Positions 60,346-64,000 of a stretch of DNA of 64,000 nt are shown piece by piece (position 1 is the stretch's first letter; the number at the start of each line of letters is the position of its first letter). Both the position numbers and the translations under genes were made by a program. The DNA is from Amoebophrya sp. A120 (Eukaryota > Protista > Dinoflagellata), in NCBI GenBank assembly GCA_905178155.1, contig CAJINV010000009.1, positions 1,299,907 through 1,363,906 on the forward strand, read 5' to 3'. The notes under the pieces are model-generated. The model made no database searches and had not been told where the DNA came from. It saw nothing but the letters and a program-made list of their open reading frames with translations.

Positions 60346-61973
60346 GCTACAACGTCTAGGATATGGAATGGCGAGGTCAGGAGCAGTACTAGTGTAGCCC
60401 CTGTTGCCTGCCGTGCTTCTACCATTAACGTGCTGCTGCTAGTTGTGCTATTACTGAACACAAATTCTTCACTCTCTAGTACGTGATTTGCTGCGGAAAG
60501 TGAATCAAGCTGCAAGAAGATGGGAATGTCCCTGAAGAAGTTTTTTCGTCCGCGTGTCACTCTGTCTGTAGTACGAGTTTCCCATGAGGACTGCTGGTCC
60601 GCAGAACAATCATTGCGGGCGACGGAGTGGTTTTTATTTTGAGGATGTAGTCACGTCACCCTATGTTTTGATCTTGGCTGGGCGTACTTATCGCTGGCTT
60701 CTCGTAGATCGATGGATTCGCCGGAAGCTCCAAAAAGTTGGTGTTATGATTCAACACAAAAATAATTTTCCATGGCTTTGTTTGCGACTTCGGTATCGTC
60801 AAAATGCTGAAGATAGTGCCGAGTGGTCTTAGTAGAAAAAAGTCGCTTCTGCAACGTTTCTGAGATGTACTGATGGTACTGGGTTTTTAGGTGCTTCTTT
60901 CCAAACACTACTTACTCGTGCATCGAATAGACGATTATGGCGTTATTGACAAAATTGCGCACTCCAGCTTTTCCGTTTATGTTGGAAAACTCAAAAATGG
61001 AGTGAGTACTATGTCATCTGTTTCATATTATTTTTTGGTGAAGCGCCTGAAAAAAAACACAAAAGCTTCAGGCACGCTCTCCTGCAGACTTTCTATCCAG
61101 TTTTTTTTTCGAATTATCTATGACTGAAGGAATTTTCGTTTGGAAAAATCACTTATATCTTTGTCGTGTACAGTTACGTCGGAGCAATAGAGACTGGAAT
61201 CTCCAATTCGAGTCGAACCTACATTTTTCGATCGGCTCTTTTTTTCTACCTTTTTTTTTTCAAAAGATGGCAGTACTTTCGGGTAGAACTCTTTACCCTT
61301 TCCTCCTACACAAGATGGAGGCTCTGCCCTTTTGTTCTCGCTATTTTTTTTTAAGTACCCGAATTGAATGAGAATGTCTTTCGATTTTCTATTATGTTTG
61401 CTGATATCAGCATCTGTCCATATGCGCCCGTACGAGCTTCTAGACAAAACGACCAGAACAGGCGTTGCAGCACAAAAACAGACGAGAATGCGGGTCCGAA
61501 AAAGAAATGGCTTTCTCATTGAAAAATGATTCCTGAAGACAAAGAGATTGCGCCCTTTAGGTGGCGAAACAAAAAAGCGAAGCTTTGTGTGCGAAGACGC
61601 GGAATTTACCATAGAAGGCCAGTGTTGTCAAGTTGAGAATTTGAATTTCGCTGCTGCAATTGCTGAGAAATTTGAGCGACGAGAAACATTAAGGAGAAAA
61701 GGGACGAGGTACTTCCATCAAATATCACATGATTCATGGCGAGGAGCTTTTTCGTTTTGCAGGTGTAGCCTGCCTGGGGGGGGGGGTGCTTGTCGTTCGA
61801 CAGATTAGCTTTTTGCTTCAGGCAGTGTCTGTTTCCTGTTCCTTCAGAGTGTGGCAACGACTGGCAGTATTCCAGGCACGAGTAGCAATGAAGCCCGCGG
61901 CGCTAAGGCCGTCGCGGTCCACGTTTGTGTAACAATACAGCAAGAAGCTGACTTTTCTGTTTGAAAACTCAAA

Positions 61974-62970
61974 ATGGCCGTGGTCGAGCGGAAGCTCGGC
62001 AAGTGCTGCATTTGTTTTCCGCTCCAGAACGGCGTGGCGATACTGACGTTCATCTTTTTTTTTCTCGGACTGTGGTCTTTCCTGGTCCTGTTTCTCGAAG
62101 ACGCGCGACTGCAGTTCAATGGCGCATTTATTGTCAGCACGGATTTCGCCTCGTCGCTGCAAAAATTGGAGCCGTTTGTTGCCGCGGGATATCTGCTCAC
62201 AGCGCTGGTCGGGTTCATAGGCGTGGTGGACGAGAAGGTTTGGCAAGTGAATGTCTTTCTCTACTACATGGGTTTCCACGTGTTCGTCATCTACGTGCTG
62301 GTCTTCGCGCTGGACATGTACGGACTAGCCTACTACTGCAAAAATGCAAACACCTCCGCCTCCGACACCTCCGCGCTCCTCCCGGTCAGCGAACGAAACA
62401 TGAGCTTGCAAGCACTGCAGTCCAAAAACCTCTGCGCAGACGCAAGAACAGCGTACACGATCGGATTTCTGCTGCAAATGCTGCTCAGGGTAAGTAGAAA
62501 CTAATTTTATAGTACAACCGTACTTACTTTTTTGCGCTCAGGCTCGTCGTCTTTTTCTTGATTTTCATTTCATCTCGGTGAGGAGAGAGGTTTCCATTTT
62601 CTGCAAATTTTAATGTGCTAGTGTCCCTGTCACGTGCGTAATTTTATCTATGTCGTGAGGTCCTCGAAGTAGATAGACCACACCATCCATTATACAGGTG
62701 TATTTTTTCCTGGTGATTCGCAAGTATGCGAAGAAAATCTCCACGTCGATTCCGTACCCCATCGCGTTCGAACAGACCTATACGGAGAGTGTGGAGGTGG
62801 ATATTCCGAGCAATGTAGGCGACTTCGCCAGGAATAGAAAGGAGCAACTGTTCGAGCAAAACATAATCGCGGACATGCACCGAAAAGACGACGATTACAT
62901 ACAGAAAATGCTCAAAGAGTACGGAACGCAAAAAAGCGATAAATACGGCACCAATGCCAATCAAGAATGA
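61974..62970 (+). CDS. Small multi-pass (about 4 TM) membrane protein; exons 61974-62489 and 62698-62970
   Basis: N-terminal KCCICFPLQNG followed by hydrophobic helices. Canonical intron AGG|gtaagt...atacag|GTG. Confidence 0.8.
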
Positions 62971-64000
62971 TGAAAAACTACTTGCGGGAAAGCTGCCTTT
63001 TCTCATATTTCTGCTCTTTATTCGCTCAAGCTGATTTCCTGCGGAAACGATCCGAGCGACGTGATATTTAAGGCTCGCAATTTCTGTGTCTGAAGGAAGA
63101 TGACAAAAGCGACAATTTTTGTTGGAACAAACTGATGTTCGTCTTGCCTGAAGCGTGCATACCTGCCCCAGTGAGTGTAGTTTTTTTTTCGAATTATGGT
63201 GGAAACAAAGAGACGGCTTGTTCATTGTTGCTGCGCATGCATAGGCTACGTCACGCTAGGTGTCTGATAGACGAGATCTACTGCGATGATGCTGAAGATG
63301 AACAGGATGTGGCTGTGATGTCTTTTCTGAGGATCGGATGAGCTCTGGCGCTGGTGTAGCTCCTATTCTCATATCAACAGAGGATCTCCAACAGGATGAA
63401 AGCAGCGTGTTTTGGTATGGCCAGGGTTCAACACAGAAGCCTTAGCGCGCTACTTCAATACCATTGACAAGCTGGTGTTTTTGTGAAAGAGCATCATTCT
63501 TCTGACTCCAGGTCCTCAACACAACTCAATGTTCTCATCCGCTGGCGTCAACATTTTTCATCCGACGTTTATTGTTACGCACCATTTCTTCGGAACTATG
63601 TCTACTTTAAACCTGTTCTCAATCACGTTGCTGTTGCTTCTTCAGTCCACGAAAAACAAAAGCAAGGCAGAAAGAACATGACGAATTATTTATCTGCTCG
63701 TTAAGGTAGTGGTGAAACATCTACATGGAGGTATTATTTCTACTCGAAGATTTCTTCCTGTTTGGCTGATCAATCGATCATTCTTACGTGCTTCGACGTT
63801 GAAAGAGCAACCAATAGCCATGGACTAAATTATGAAATAGGTCACATCTTCGAATTTGGCTGAAAGAACTACGAGATAAATGATTTTTCACGGTACATAA
63901 AAATGCTCACACCTCCTGTGGATGTTGTATTTTCGTTCCCGTTTTTTTTTGAAAGATGAATTCGTCGTCCTCCTCGAAATCCTCCGTATGAGAACGGAAA

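Overview
Eukaryotic, intron-containing genomic DNA. The style suggests an alveolate or dinoflagellate, most like the syndinian parasite Amoebophrya; this is inferred from the intron architecture, co-oriented gene blocks and a VKNTF motif, not from a database search. Genes left of ~31 kb are on the minus strand: a tandem pseudokinase, a mitochondrial carrier, a WW-domain protein and a 1431-aa intronless ORF. Genes right of ~33 kb are on the plus strand: a class-3 lipase, a two-repeat polycystin-2-like channel, a coiled-coil protein, a VKNTF protein and a small membrane protein. The main signal is a set of ~12 non-canonical intervening sequences (150-315 bp) that interrupt coding exons. Most start and end with TA, carry 15-35 bp terminal inverted repeats (TIRs) and are flanked by ~5-bp direct repeats; removing the element plus one repeat restores the reading frame. 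One family is present three times, in both orientations relative to transcription, and different families share an internal TGTNATGC motif. The window also holds a 3-kb non-coding TIR element with a 6-bp target duplication, a 351-bp tandem array, and 31-bp and ~69-bp arrays at the strand-switch point. Coordinates were counted by hand, and exon models are unverified by RNA data.
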